Shown here: positions 32,733 through 47,270 of the stretch, piece after piece
Position numbering within the stretch: position 1 is the stretch's first letter
Layout of the letters: each line of letters starts with the position of its first letter
Origin: the human T2T-CHM13v2.0 reference genome, Homo sapiens
DNA: 64,000 nt
Reading direction: 5' to 3' (one strand)
Assembly: GCF_009914755.1 (NCBI RefSeq)
Contig: NC_060927.1
The notes under the pieces: model-generated
The model's input: only the letters and a program-made list of their open reading frames with translations
Told to the model about the DNA's origin: nothing
The model's database searches: none
Program-made: the position numbers and the translations under genes

Positions 32733-33429
32733 GGTAGTCCTTCAGGAAAAAGATGGCATTTTTTACCCAGCCTTGGATAAATACCCCAACCCTCTCTGCA
32801 GATGACGTCTAATTGCCAGAAAAGTATTTCCTTTGTTCCACCGACCACGCTATGAACATTGACTGTGGCTAAAGTTATTTTGTGGTTTTATATGAAGGTA
32901 CTGAGTCAAAAGTCCTCTAGCACTCTTGTTGGTTTGAAGATGAACAGACTTTTTAGTTCATCTAGAACTAAACTAGATTAACATCTAGACTTTTTAGTTC
33001 ATTTAAAAACCTGTATCCTTTGTCTCATCTGCAAAAAAAAAAGTATTAACAAATGCCTTACCAAAGAAGAATTATAGCAAAGCTTTAGTAAATTGAAAAG
33101 AATTAAATCCTTACGTAAAATTCAAAAGGTTATGCAATTGGTATTTTATTTATTTTCATTAACAACAAATGAGGGCTTAAAATAAATACCCGATTCTTTA
33201 CCCCAGCTGTCCATGATTTTATCAATCATTGAGAAATGACAGTGCAACTTAATAAACTTATCTAGAAAAGTAAATATTATTAAAATGTTATATTTTTATA
33301 AAAATTGTAGTGCCATCTGCAAATGTTTTAACCCTATTACTGAATAAATTACCTAATATGTGTTCACCTCAGCACACAGAAAGTTTGTGTAGTTTTCACA
33401 GATAAAAGAGTTTACATCCTACAACTGGA

Positions 33430-33568
33430 TAGTCTTGGTTCAAATCCCTTGTTAATTGTGTGTCCTCCATTGAGTAACCATATGTAACTTAGTTTAATCA
33501 TCTATAAAATAATGCCTACCTCATAGGGTTGTTTGAAGGATTAAATGTGACAAGCATATATTGATCAT
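33430..33568 (+). mobile_element. MIR fragment interrupted by MST
   Basis: GGTTCAAATCCC...CATCTATAAAATAATGCCTACCTCATAGGGTTGTTTGAAGGATTAAATG. Confidence 0.7.
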
Positions 33569-33950
33569 TGATATGGTTTGGCTCTGTGCCCCTACCCAAA
33601 TCTCATGTTGAATTTTAATCCCCAATCATGGGGGAAGAACTTGGTGGGAGGAGATTTGATCATGGGGGCAGACTTTCCCCTTGCTGTTCTCTTGACAGTA
33701 AGTGACTCCTCACAAGATCTGGTTGTTTAAAAGTGTGTGGCACTTCCCCATTAGCTGTCTCTCTTTTGTCACCATGTGAAGATATGCTTGCTTCCCCTTC
33801 ACTGTCCATCATGATTTTATGTTTCCTGAGGCCTCCCCAGCCATGCCTCCTGTACAGCCTGCAGAACTGTCAGTCAATTAAACCTCTTTTCTTTATAAAT
33901 TCCCTAGTCTCCAATAGTTATTTATAGCAATGTGTGAATGGACTAACACA
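33569..33950 (+). mobile_element. MSTA-like solo LTR (MaLR)
   Basis: TGATATGGTTTGGCTCTGTG...AATTAAACCTCTTTTCTTTATAAAT...GGACTAACACA; TSD-like ATCAT/ATAAT. Confidence 0.9.
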
Positions 33951-35029
33951 ATAATTTAATGCAGTACATGGCACAGAAGACACAGCTCTTATTTTTATAA
34001 AAAAGTGTTTGTTTTGTTATTAATATTGCTTTTTTATTCATTCCAAACTGTTACGAATATGCTTAAAAATTTTAATGTGTTCGTAATTTTGCAGTCCTCC
34101 TTGAACATTTCTTTCAAATCTAAGCTCAAATCATAATCACTCAATTAAAAATGTAATAGTTCAAAAATTGCAGACAAAATGGAAAAAGGAAACAAAATCA
34201 GCTAACCAATTATTCTCTTGCTCTTTATGTCACCATGTAACCTAAGTGACACTTTTTTTTCATCAACTTGTCATTTTTAAGTTTACATGACTAAATTGTA
34301 TAGTTCTTTTGGCAGCTTATGGGCCAAACTTAGATACTGCTGTGAGTGTCCAAATCACAAATCTATATAAAGGTCCACTTGTGTCTTTAACCACATGCAG
34401 TAGATTTATAATCCCTTCAATGCAAAATAAGCGCTTCTGAAAGTCCTAGAAGATCCAAGCATCTGTCTGTTCTAAAAATGATCACATTAGTGTGCTGATG
34501 AATAGTAAGGGACTTAAGCCAACTTAGAAATATTGTATGGCAGAGACAGAAAAAAACAGAGAGAAAGAAAGAGACCAACCTTATTGAGCCCCAAAACTCT
34601 TTCTTCCTCCCCCTCTTCTTAAGAAGAATGTTTACTGTTTTATCACAATTCACTGAGGATATACCTATTTCAATGTGTAGATTTTCCTAACGTAATTCTA
34701 CCCAATGAGATAATATATATTGTCACCAAGATCTACAACACTATTTCAGTTTCCAAATTTATTCTTAGAAAGCTAAAACTAGCTTTAAAAGGTACCTCAT
34801 TACCATTTGCAAGGTTCAAATCCTGGAAATATAAAATGACGAGTGAGTTTATGAAACTTTTATTTTGGAATTCAGATGAAGTGATAAATGACTACAGTAA
34901 GGCCATACTTAAAATACACTACACCTTCAGGTTCAACTAAAGAAAAACTTACTGAAATATAAAAATAGGACTAAACTAATAGAATTTTTTAACCAAATCT
35001 GATACATACTATACAATAATGTTGTTTTT

Positions 35030-35412
35030 ACCTGCTAATCTGCTAAGGCTGCCATGAAATATTACCACAGACTAGGTGGCTTAAACAATAGAAATGTATT
35101 TTCTTACATTCTGGGAGATGGAAGTCCAAGATCAAGTTGTTAGAGGGTTTGGTTTCTCCTGTGTCCTCTCTCTTTGGTTTGCAGATGACAACTTTCTTGC
35201 TATGATTTCACATGGCATAACTCTGCCCTTGCACACTCGTGATGTCTCGTCCTCTTCTTTTAAGGACAAAAGTCTTATTGGAATAATGCTCCACCATTAG
35301 GAAATACCACATTTAACTTTAATTACCACTTGAAAAGCCCTAGCTCCAATTATAGTCGCATTGGGGTCCAGGGCTTCTATCTTGGGGAGGACACAATTCA
35401 GTCCAAAACAAC
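35030..35412 (-). mobile_element. MLT1A-like solo LTR
   Basis: GGCTGCCATGAAATATTACCACAGACTAGGTGGCTTAAACAATAGAAAT...GGACACAATTCAGTCCA. Confidence 0.85.
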
Positions 35413-36479
35413 ACCTTTTATCAGAGTAAAATGCCTAAGCAGATATATTATCAATAACCTCATTTTATTTTATCCCAATTTTCAACCTTTAGAATATCAG
35501 TGTTGATTTATACAAGTAATAATTCAGTAAAAATCATAAATTCAAGATGTGTTAATTACAAATATAGTTAAGAATGAAGATGTCAAAGCAGAAAATGAAA
35601 GTTCTAATTAATCAAGTATTCTTTATCAGGTTATACGACTCAAGGAGTTAATAAAATCTTAAAAACTTATGTATTAAAAGTTACAAGATATAAACATAAA
35701 ATATATGATTAGTATTCTGGTAGTAGATATATCAAGGAAGATGAAAATAATTGACATAAACTAATGTATAGAAATGGCATAATCTATATTCATAACCTCT
35801 CAAAAATAAGTATTGCATGTGTATGTAAAAATGCTTTTCAAAGCATTGATGAAAGGGTATGAAATGGCTTCATAAGAACTGATTAAATCTGTATAACTTA
35901 ACTCTTAAAGTTAATAATATTCAATCTAATTTAAACTCTTTACTAAATGTGTAGTAGATTTTTTGCCCTTATGAGTTATTTTCCAATGAATGATATCCAA
36001 AATACAACCAACAAGTTGCAGTTTGTGACTCCTACAGATAAGCACACAAAAAAATAAACAAATAAAATATAAACAATATTTGACAACACTATAAACAATA
36101 AAATCATTTGGAGTTCAAAGACAAAATAAAACACCATGGACTAGAATTGTCAATAACAGTGTTTTAAAATGGTTAGATTTTCGAAGGTTACTGAGGGATG
36201 GATTGGAGTATTTATAACACTTTTACAAAAGAGATGAACATAGTAGAAATGAGACTGGTGGCATAATAAAAACAGTTATCTAGTTTTTATTTTATTTTAT
36301 TTTATTATCCCCCTTATAAGGAGACTAATTATTAGACTAGTGTAATTGGATCAATGTTTCAGAAAGTAAAATAATCAGGACCTTGAATACCTCATTTCAG
36401 AAGTCAAATTTTATCCTGAAGAAATGAATACATTGAAAATTTTAGTAGAAAAATATCCACAATGAACACTTCCTTGAGG

Positions 36480-37000
36480 ATTATATATTCATTCCCTCTT
36501 TTTCTAATATCAATAGCCAAATTTTCCTAGGAAAACTACTATTCCTGCACTCTTAGACCACTGGTCCAAAGTAAATGTGGGGTTCATTTAATCTTCCAGG
36601 CTCCTGGTATAGGCATCAGTACCAATTAACGCATTGCAACTCCTTGGCCTACAATGAACTCTGGAGGCAGACAAGGCCGGTATGAAAGAGTGCAGTGAAA
36701 TTAATAGAGAATCTCATTCTGCTAGGTTTTCTCAGCTATGAAGAGGAAAACTAACAGATTCCTGAGTCAGCAACACAACCTGCTTGAGAATGAGGACAAC
36801 ACAGAACAGAGCATAACTGAGACATGGGAAAAATAGCTTTCAGGTAACAGATTTTTGAGCACCTTGATACATCTGAGCCTGAATACAATTTTGCCACGGA
36901 GATGTTGAGTTATATCAACCAATAAATTCTCTTTTGGGTTTTATGGCAGTTTTCAGAATGTTTTCTGATTCTTGCAACCAAAAGAGTTCTTATTAACTCA
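36480..37000 (+). mobile_element. Old MLT1 (J/K-like) LTR
   Basis: 3' end CCAATAAATTCTC...CTTGCAACCAAAAGAGTTCTTATTAACTCA. Confidence 0.6.
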
Positions 37001-37972
37001 CTAATAAAATGAACACGTAGGATTGTGTCAAAAAACAAAATCTGTAACTATGGAAAGAGAACACCCTAAGTTACAAAGTGAGTATTACTCCAGTGATTTA
37101 CCACTGAAAAAGGAAAGCACTTCCTCAGTGTGGCACTTTCCTGAGAGGGAATGAGGGGTGGAGTAGGAAAACTATGGAATAGAGAATTAGTTTAACAGAC
37201 AGCATTGGAAAGCAAAATAAATGACTTCAGAAAATTACCGCTAAACATGAGGCCTGAGCCATGAGTCCAGGGAAAGTGGTCAGCCATAAATTTGTGGTAG
37301 AAACATGTAGTTTACTGTTAAAAAATATAGTTTTTAAATGTAGCAAACATGATTAGAATATAAAAGAAACCAAACAGACAAACATCTTGAATAAATATGT
37401 GTTCGGGAAATAATGTCGTTTTTTGCACACAAAACTGAAGTGTGAAATCCGTGGTTCAGAGCGTGAAAGCAGATGCAATGGCTTTACAATAATTGATTAA
37501 AATTCTTGTAAATATTGGAAAACTAGTATTTTACATCAAATATTTCTCCTATCCATTCTATAAACCAAGTACATAGAATTCACTCTAAGCTCAGCCTTTA
37601 AAAGGAGACTTTAAATGATAAATATAAATTGAAAAATTATTGTCAAAGGAATTTTGAAAAAAAAAATGACCACCTAAGCAGATTTCATGTGAGCATTTAA
37701 CATGAAAAATTTTAACAAATTATCTTCCACTATGCTGCTGAAAAATTGCTATTTTGTCCAACACTAACCTAAGAAAGTAGGCAAGAACAACCCAATTTGG
37801 CCCCCAAAAAAAGCATAAATTGTTAAAAGCAACGAGATTACAAAGGAGAAGCAAACAAACAGTAAGACAAGAATATAAATGTCACTGAAGCTCTAGATAA
37901 TTTGGTCCAATATTAAGACTGAGCCAAACATATTTATATCACTTAACTCTCTGGCTTAATTTAATTAGGACC

Positions 37973-38160
37973 AAAAAGAAAGAAGGAGAAGAATGGAAAA
38001 AATGGCGAAAGGAAGGAAAAAAGGGAAAGAAGGAGGGAAGAAAAGAAAAGAGAGGGAGTGGAGAATAAAGGAAGGAAGGAAGAAAGGAAGGAAGGAAAAA
38101 AGGAAGGAAGGAAGGAAGGGAGGGAGGGAGGGAGGAAGGGAGGGAAGGGAAGGAGGAAAT
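37973..38160. repeat. Polypurine (GGAA/GGGA)n tract
   Basis: Seen directly. Confidence 0.9.
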
Positions 38161-38439
38161 TTCAATCCTTGCTCTGGAAAACCAAATAGATTTATTTACT
38201 TGCAAAACCTCTGAGTGAGAAAGGTGAGCTAAATTAAAAGGTAATTGTGTCTTTAAGGACACTATCCCTTCATCAGGCATAGTTGAAAGGTATTTACTAA
38301 ATTAAGTTTTTCTCATTGCCTTCCACAGTACCCAATGCCAGAAGCTTCATAAAAGTATACAAAGGTATGAATTGAAGTGGGCTCTGGAAACTTTTTAAAG
38401 TAAATTTAGCTCCCCTTAGGGGTCAAAAAAATCTAAATT

Positions 38440-38780
38440 TTAACATATATAATATATATATCTACATGTATGTATAGATTCAGATACATACATGTAAAGA
38501 TACATATTATGTATGTAAAAATATCTGTATATATATACATGTGTGACTATACAGATACATATTATGTATACATACATATACATCATATGCATACATAGAT
38601 ATGTATATGTAAGTACATACACATATTATGTATACATACACATATTTTTGTATATGTAAATATATACATTTTTGAATCATATACATATATGCATATGCAC
38701 ACATGTACCACACATGCATGTATGCATATACATATGTGTATGTATACATTCATACATACACATAATATGTATGTATATAT
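38440..38780. repeat. (TATACA)n-like alternating purine-pyrimidine low complexity
   Basis: Seen directly. Confidence 0.9.
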
Positions 38781-40859
38781 GGATCAAAAAAAGAATAGCG
38801 ATTTGTTCTAGAACAAGAAATAGAAAATGAAAAACCTCAAATAAGGAAGTTCATCCAAAAATGGATATTCTTTGTACCACGAGAATTTTGAATGACTGAG
38901 TAAAGGTGCCATGAAATCTTATGTCATTGCTGAGGAATAAAGTTAGTATTTTGTTCATTCATTTTGTTTCATTTTTAACATTTGCTTTGGTTTCTGTTTT
39001 GCCCATGGCAACTAAGGCAATAAGTTGGGGATGCCAGGGACAAGATAGTGAAAAGAGAGTGCTCCCTAGTCCAATCCCATGCATTTAGTTTTGAGCAGTT
39101 GAGAGATACCAGTCTTTTAAAAGAAGCTGAAAAAGTGGTATCATTTGGGATTTTAAAAGACAAAGATTAAGGAGCAAACAGAGCTGCTCTTGACCAAGTC
39201 AGCCACATAATTAAGAAGAGTGTTTTCCTTTCAGTTTCTGTGAGGAACATAACTTGGTTTGAACAAAGTGATTATATAAGAAAATGCACTTCTATATGTG
39301 AGTTCAAAGTTTTGTGCTTTAGGAGTTTCCAAAAAGCTGAAACCCACAAAAAAAAAATGGGGGGAGAATTCTTACAAGGAAAAGATGCTCCCATGGCAGG
39401 GATGAGTCATATCTCCCACCAAAAATAGTTTCTGGGAAGCAGAAAAGGAGGTCAGAGTGAAAGAATAAGGAGGACCCTACTTGATCACACTTTAGACATG
39501 GTAGAGACTCCCAGGAATAATTAATCAGTCCTCGAGTGAAGACCCTACAAGGATGCAGTTGGGGACTACATAGCAGTAAAATGTGGATATTAGTGGCATG
39601 GCCCAAAGCCAGTGAATCTCAGAAAAATGTCTATTTTTTAATAGCCATTAGTTAACAAATCACAGTAAAATGTATAGTTACGCTTTGCATAGGAAAAGAA
39701 GTATTAATGGAATCAGATATCTTACACAAAGATTTGAACAAATGATAAACAACTAGAATGTACTGGAAAGATTTATTTTGGTAACTATATATATGAACAA
39801 ACATAAGCATATTATTTATCTATCGTAGGTAACTGAAAAGTACAATCCATCCGTGCTTGTTTAAATTTAGTCTTCAGTAGATAGAAAGTTTACTTTCCTG
39901 ACAACTCTGCATTTAGAAAAAGTTTGGCTTCATTGAAAACTGCTGACACTCTCTCAACCACCAACAATATATCTTCTGTAGAGAGTTATACCACAGACAT
40001 ACATATAAATGTAAGCAAAAATAAAATGCCAACTCAGACATGCCTTGAGTTTTTTAGTATTTTTCTGATGTATTTCAATGTATTCATCTTCAGAGTAAAT
40101 TTTCTTTCCATATTTTAACCTTCACAGTTAAAGTCGAACTTCCAAAAATATTGGACTTATGAAACAATTCGCTCTAAGTGTGAATCATTTCTTGAAAAAT
40201 TTTGATTAAACAGGAAATAAATTTTTAGGATTAAAACAGAACTCCTCTGCACATTTGACTCCCACTTTCTCCCCAAGGCAACAGTCAACTTAAGACCTTT
40301 TCTCTGTGTCAAGTCCAGCTAGAAATACAGATAGAGAAATCAGTAAGTAGCCAGGAGCTGTTTGAGCTTCAAAACTATTCTACATGCACTGTGAAACTGC
40401 CCATTCAACAAGCTAGATAGAGTCATTAAGGGAAAGGACTGTGGCATATTCTTATGCCCCCTTCAGTGTTAGAACACCAGCCTCTAATTTCCTTCCCTAG
40501 TTATGTGCAAATTTCAGATATTCAGGATATCTTGTTTCTAGTTAATAGAAAAATTTTGTTAATTAGACATAATCTAAGTTAAAAGCATTTAAATAACTCT
40601 TAAGTAATAAAAATATAGCTGACATTTTATCTTTACTTTTTACCAGATCTATAAAAAAGAAGAGGAAACATACATGGTTTAAGGTAGGAGAAACAAGCTA
40701 AAGAGGAAAAACAAAAATGACCATAGGAAGCCAGGCCAGAGTAAGAAGAGTCTGTTGTTTTTAACAGAGTTTCTCTATATTCCAGAAATGTGTATAGTAC
40801 CCATATATCCCTTGCAAGATTGTTTTGGAGAAATTGTTCCAACTAAATAAATAAAAAAT

Positions 40860-42240
40860 CAGTCAGAAATGGTTCTGCTTGCAGAATATGGGGTGAAAAT
40901 TAGAGATAACATGCCTGAGAATAACCAGAACATATGTTTAAAAATATATTTAAAAATACATTTGAGTTCGTCAAAGAGATAATATGAGAAATAATTAAAG
41001 AGTTAAGATCAAGAAAGAAAGGTAACCTAGATCAATGAACTCAGATTTCAGGGCCAATTCTCCCATCACAGCACCTGGCATTTCTAGCAGAGGTGTGTGA
41101 AAAGCAGAGCAACGCAGCAGCCAAAATGATCTTGAAACTACTCAGATAGAGTAATTCCTCGACTCAAAAATATACAGCATATTTCCGTGTCATTTAGAAC
41201 AAAAGCCACAATTCTTAGAATAGTCTACAAGGTTTAACATAAGGGTGATGTCTTAGACTTTTCAACAGGTCACAAGGCTGGGAACATGGGAACTGGATTT
41301 GAGGGCAGGCTAAAGTGGGAGAAAGCTATAGTAACACGCATAGTCTTTGGGTTGAGACACAAAAGGTCTACCCCTAGGAATAAGCAGTAAAAAGTAAGAA
41401 ATCGGCTGATCCTGGGAAGAACTGAAGACCACTTAAAATTAAATCTACATGACTCTACATCTGGGATGCTGGATTTCCTCACAGCCTTAGAGAGAAGTTG
41501 AGAACCAAACAAGTGAGCTTCATTCTCTACTTCTGGGAGTTGGATAATACGTATGTTAGTTCTGTTTACTTCATTCCTTATGTTTCTTTAGTCTTCTTCC
41601 GTATTTGCCTTTCTTTGATGTCTCAGTATTTCACATGATAGTTTCTAAGCTGATATTTACCCATCCTTAATCTCAGTTACTGTATTTTTCAGTTTTGAAA
41701 TTCTAAAATTTTTATACTGTTTTTAGTCCCCTCTCCAACTTCTCAAGATTGTCATGTATTTTAGACACGTATGAATATTTTTATTTTAAAATTGTTGAGA
41801 ACACCATTATCTGGATATACTATATGTTTATCTCTACATTTTTTCTCTCAATTTTAAAATATCATAAACAAAAACTATGGAGATAAATTAAGGTATAGAC
41901 CTAACATGACCATTATCAAGCCAAAAATTTAATAAGCATTACAAACCACAAATATGAGAAATACAACATTATATTAAGACTAATAAAAACTAATAACAAA
42001 GAAAAATCTTAAAGTCAGACTGACAAAAAAGAAAACAAAACATATAACATTTTAACTTGTGTAAACCTAATAAGATAATCCTTCATGAAACAAAAATTTG
42101 CAGATCTAAAAGAGTAGGAGATTTTAATAGATCGCTCTCATTTGCTCATAAAGCCAGCAGGCATAAAAATCAGTGAGAATACAGACGACTTGAATAATAT
42201 GATGAAACGATTAGATCTAATAACCATTGTCTATCACAAT
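40860..42240. mobile_element. Degraded ancient L1M fragments
   Basis: For example 42120-42225 (GGAGATTTTAA...AAAATCAGTGAGAATACAGACGACTTGAATAA...TTAGATCTAATA) resembles the L1 EN region; boundaries uncertain. Confidence 0.45.
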
Positions 42241-42440
42241 AATCCACTGAAGTAGGTGAGATTGCTTTTTTTCCTAAGTACAGCATTGACTTTGAACTCC
42301 CTCATAGCATGAAAGCAAGGTGCCTGCTTTGTCTACTCCCACTTATCCTTGAGATAACCACATACAAGGTCCTTCACAGAACAGAAGAAAGGTTTTACTT
42401 GGGGAAGTAAAAGAATATTTCACTAATACGGTGAAGGTGG

Positions 42441-42821
42441 TGTCTTAGCCTGATTTCTGCTGCTGTAACAGAACACCACAGACTAGGTAATTTATAAAGA
42501 AAAGTTCATTTGGCTCACAGTTCTGAAGTCTGAAAAGTCCAAAGGTATGACAAAGGCTTCTTGAAAGGGTTTTCATCCTGTATCATAACATGCAGAAAAG
42601 CAAAGGAATTAAAGAGACCACAAAAGCAAGCTAAGCTCACTGTTATAACATCCCTCTCTTGCAAAAAAAACGAACTCCCATAATAAAGGCGTTAATCCAT
42701 TTATGAGGGCTCCACCCTCATGAACCTGTCACCTCTTAAAGACCCAACCTCTTAATCATGTTACATTGGCAATTAAGTTTCCAACAGTTGAGCTTATGGG
42801 GGACACATTCAAATCATAGTA
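42441..42821 (-). mobile_element. MSTC/MSTD-like solo LTR
   Basis: TGTCTTAGCC...TGCTGCTGTAACAGAACACCACAGACTAGGTAATTTATAAAG...GGGGACACATTCAAATCATAG. Confidence 0.85.
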
Positions 42822-44864
42822 GATGTATTAAATGTCTGTTTTAATTAAAGGTACTGCAGGAACATAGAATTAACAAGCAAAAATCCAGAAGGCAGCAAAA
42901 ACCAAGCAGTGTGGCCGAATCATTAGACCGGCGAGAGGTGAGAAGAAACATACAAAAAAGGAAAAAAGAGGGGAAAAGACTGGAAACATTAATTGGGGTC
43001 ATATTGATATCATATTGAGAAGTTTGAACATTTTCCTATAAACATTGGTTCCCAAATTATTCATAAATTAGGAGCCCTTTTTTCCCATCAGAAATAATTG
43101 TGAGCTTAGTGTGCTTATATTGCTCGGGCAGCATCCTCCCCTTTGGGTAGCTAACCTTTCCACTTTCTATTGGAAAAACCAAGCGACTTCATTCCTCCCA
43201 TCCCTAATTACCAACCCCAGTATATATTCCATGATTAAAAAAGTAAACCAGACCCTTCTCTAGGCCTTTCCTTTTTTCTTTTCTTTTTTTTTTTTTTTTC
43301 AAGCTGGAGCAGTAGTGAGGAAAAGTGCTCTCTTAAACTTGAATTAGAAGCTATAAGGACAATGTAAGCTGGAACTCTTTGCAACCATATTTCCAACCAT
43401 ATAAAGAAAGCCTTCTACACTAGGCCAGTGAAGACTGAGAAGCAGAGCTCAAATAAGGCAAGAGAGAGCCCTAAAGGCCAAACCTGAGGGTTTAAGCCTC
43501 TAAATTCAGCCATTATATAGAAGTCCTTTCTTATCTCTATTTGTGACAAAGTTTGGAAAATATATATAAGACATGTTGTTTTTCTGGTATAAATACAATG
43601 CTTGATATGCTTTCAAACTTTCATAATAAAATTATTATTCTTCATGGCATCAGTAGTCCATGTTTGGAATAGAAAAAAAAAAATGGGAATCTAACAAAAT
43701 TATAGAATAAAGTCAAATAAAATAGCTAGCTTTATTTCTAAGGCCAATATGTATTTTAACAAAGTAATTATGGTCCTTTTAATCCAAATTCAGTATTATC
43801 TGACTTCACTCCTTTTCTCTCAATTTTTGTCAGAAATATATTTATATATTTAACTTATTTATTGGCACAGAGCTGTAAGTGATGTTTAACTTAGTTCTCA
43901 ATTATCCTGTCAAAAAAGAACTGATTTAGTTGAACTGCATAGACACACATCTTAATACAATTATTTTCAGTATGTTAAAAATGGAGAAGTTTTTTCAATA
44001 AAGCTAAAATCTATAGGGATGTGGTTGTAATTCACCCAGACCATTGCAAAATCATTGGTTTCATGTCAGTTTTTAACTACCTGATATTCTAAGCAATTTT
44101 TTAAATTCAAAGTCAACATTCTGTGAAATTATTCATTTTGAGAATCAAAAGTCATCCCTTGTCAGACGCTTGGTTTCTCGGGAAACGGAATGTTCAAGTT
44201 CTTTGATTTTGCCATCTTTAATTTCCTAAAGTGGAGCAGATGTTCTCTGGATATAATAGATATGTGTCTAAGTGAATCTTTCCTTTCTAAATATAAACTT
44301 CCAGAAGTATTTGTCTTTATGAACAAAAATAATTTTGCCATAATTGTTTTTCATAAGTATGAGGATGAAGCTTTGTCAACAAAGAGAAATTTGATTAAAG
44401 ATTTAAAGTGTTACTGTTGTTACTGTTGACGTTGTATTTGTGATTACTTTGAGCCTATACCTTTAAATAATCATTATTATATCAAGGAGACGATGCTTAA
44501 TTTTCTACGTTATTAATAAGAAGCCCTTGAAGACAATAAGCAAGGCGACAAAAGATATAAGATCAAGTCTCTGAGAAAACTGTTTCTTCAAAGATATCTA
44601 TTTTGTCACCAAGTGCTATCAATTCTCTTTACATCATTCACAATTCACCTTTCATATTTTGCTCCCTATTCTGATTAAACTACCACTCCTATAGGTTGTC
44701 AGACATTTTCTATTTCATTGTCATCACTGCCACAGCATCCTCATTACTCATCCTGCCTATTCTCAACTTACTAAATACCGCAGCTCGATTCATCTTTCCC
44801 AAATACTGTTTTAATTGAATAAACTTTGCCACCACACAACATATTTCTAAAAGTACAAATTATT

Positions 44865-45192
<328 letters not shown>

Positions 45193-46889
45193 CTACTCTC
45201 TTATTTGAAGACTTCCTCTAAATCATGTCAGTTTGTCACTTCTAAAAGATACATGTCCTTTTCCAGTGCTTTCTTCTTTCTTATTCCCTTCTTTTGCCAC
45301 CCAACTGCTATCATCTCCACATATTGCATATCCAGTTATACTTTAGGGTTTAGGAAATATTAACCTTCTGCAGGACATTTAATCTCACTCTCTCCAGCTT
45401 TTATTGGCCATAGTTTTCTCATTACAGACTTTAAAAAAATATTTTGTAAATATTTGTGTAAATATCTCTTATTATGTGATAAGCTTTCAAATAATTCATT
45501 ATAATTCTCATGGTATTAACACTTGTGTTCTATAAATATATCGAATTATTGAAACAAAGAACAGATGATCTTTCAATCTATGCATTAAGCTACTAGGAGA
45601 AAATAAGGTTTCCAAGCCAAATGTCACAACTTAAACCTTAATTAATTAGCTTCAAAATTTTGCTTTCAGTAATTTCCAGAAGGTACATATGTAATTTATC
45701 TTCTAAAAATATTATCAGAATGAATAGGTTTGGACAGATGTGCCAGACAAAATTATTTTCATGGTCATAGACATATCATGAATATTTCATTCCATTTATA
45801 TGTCCCCATTTCAACTGTATGACTCAGAGAATTTGTTAAATCTATTTGCTATTTCTCTTACTTGTTTTAGTTCAGATGTAAATTACCAGATACCTTACAA
45901 AGCCATGAATAGCAGTATCCAAATAACGTAAAATGGGCAATTTGAGTTTCATATTCAAAACACTGTCATTTAGACCCCAACTCAATTATACTTCCTCTCA
46001 CCTTGGTAGCTTAGAATTCCAGGTTTCCATTATCAAAAACTCCTTTAGTTTACCTATCACTGCAGATTCTGTCAACTGGCTGCAACTAAGGAACATTGAT
46101 AATACTGACAAAAATCGTTTCCAACAGTTAATACTAAAGGCAAGGATTTTAAAAATCCTTTTAAAGTCATTACAAAGCTGCCTTAATCCTTCTGGTGCAA
46201 GGTAGGATATAAATGAATTCATCTTGTTTGTTTCCTTAGGGAAGGAATGCATACAGATCATTTTTCCATAATTTGGAAAGTATATTACTTATTTATTTTC
46301 TCTTGAAGGGCTTTATCTTTCTCTGCTGGCAAAAATAGTTGAAGATACAACTTTCTTTGTAGCATACAAATTATGAAATCTGTATTCCTTCCTACAAACA
46401 GTAAAATATGGTTTGATATCACGATAGCACAAAAGTAAAAATACATATCAGTGAGATGGCAAAGAGTGTGAAATTCCTAGAGAGGTACTAAGGGCCCTTA
46501 GGAGGCCCAAATTCAATTGATTGAACCGTTTTCCAACCCCTCACCAATGTTTTCTCCCATTAATTAATTTTGATGACTAGGCAACTGCAGCCCCATAGAG
46601 TAGTCACGTCCAACAAAATGGATCCAGGCTACAAAGCAGACAAGATCTCCTTAACTTTCCTCCATACAGGAAAGTCTGCCTTCCCAGTCATTTTCTCCAA
46701 TTAGAAGAAGTAGAAAAGCCTTTGGCTTGGGAGAGATTTATTCTAGAGTTCCTGAAGAGGATCATATATGTGAAATGAATATTTTTTAAAAAGACAAAAA
46801 AATTAATTTTGAAGAGTCTTAATAAATTTGATATCTGAGACCTAACATCTTACAATCCAGCTGTCTGACAGGAACCAATGACTATCCAT

Positions 46890-47000
46890 GTATCTATTCA
46901 ATAAATATTTATTAAATGCCTAAAATGTTTCAGGCAATGTTCAGTGAATAAAGCAGAGGATGGTTCCTGATGACACAGAACTCAGTATTTAGCGGGAAAG
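46890..47000 (-). mobile_element. L2 3' end fragment
   Basis: ATTCAATAAATATTTATTAAATGCCT...CAGGCA. Confidence 0.6.
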
Positions 47001-47270
47001 ATATTTCCCCGTATTAACACATCATCCCCTCCATTATCTGGGGCTCTTTCTCACATCTCAGATATTGAATTATTTTACTGCCAGACACCTGTGTTCATTA
47101 TATATCTCCCTCTTTCTCCTACTCTTACATCTTCTTAGCAATCAGCTTTTGTTGATCCTAACTCCTAAAGCTTCCTCTGTCTGTGCAAACAAATGACAAT
47201 TGGGAGACTCCATATTCCCACCCCACATGAAATTGCTGGTACCTGGAACTAGATTTTAAAACAATACATA

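Noticed and set aside
29560-33080. Possible outward extension of IR-B (29580-29620 versus 33020-33060)
   Set aside because: Only a short AT-rich resemblance; the neighbouring sequence does not align.
37939-38749. ORFs rich in PSFL, GRKE or YMY
   Set aside because: Translations of low-complexity repeats.
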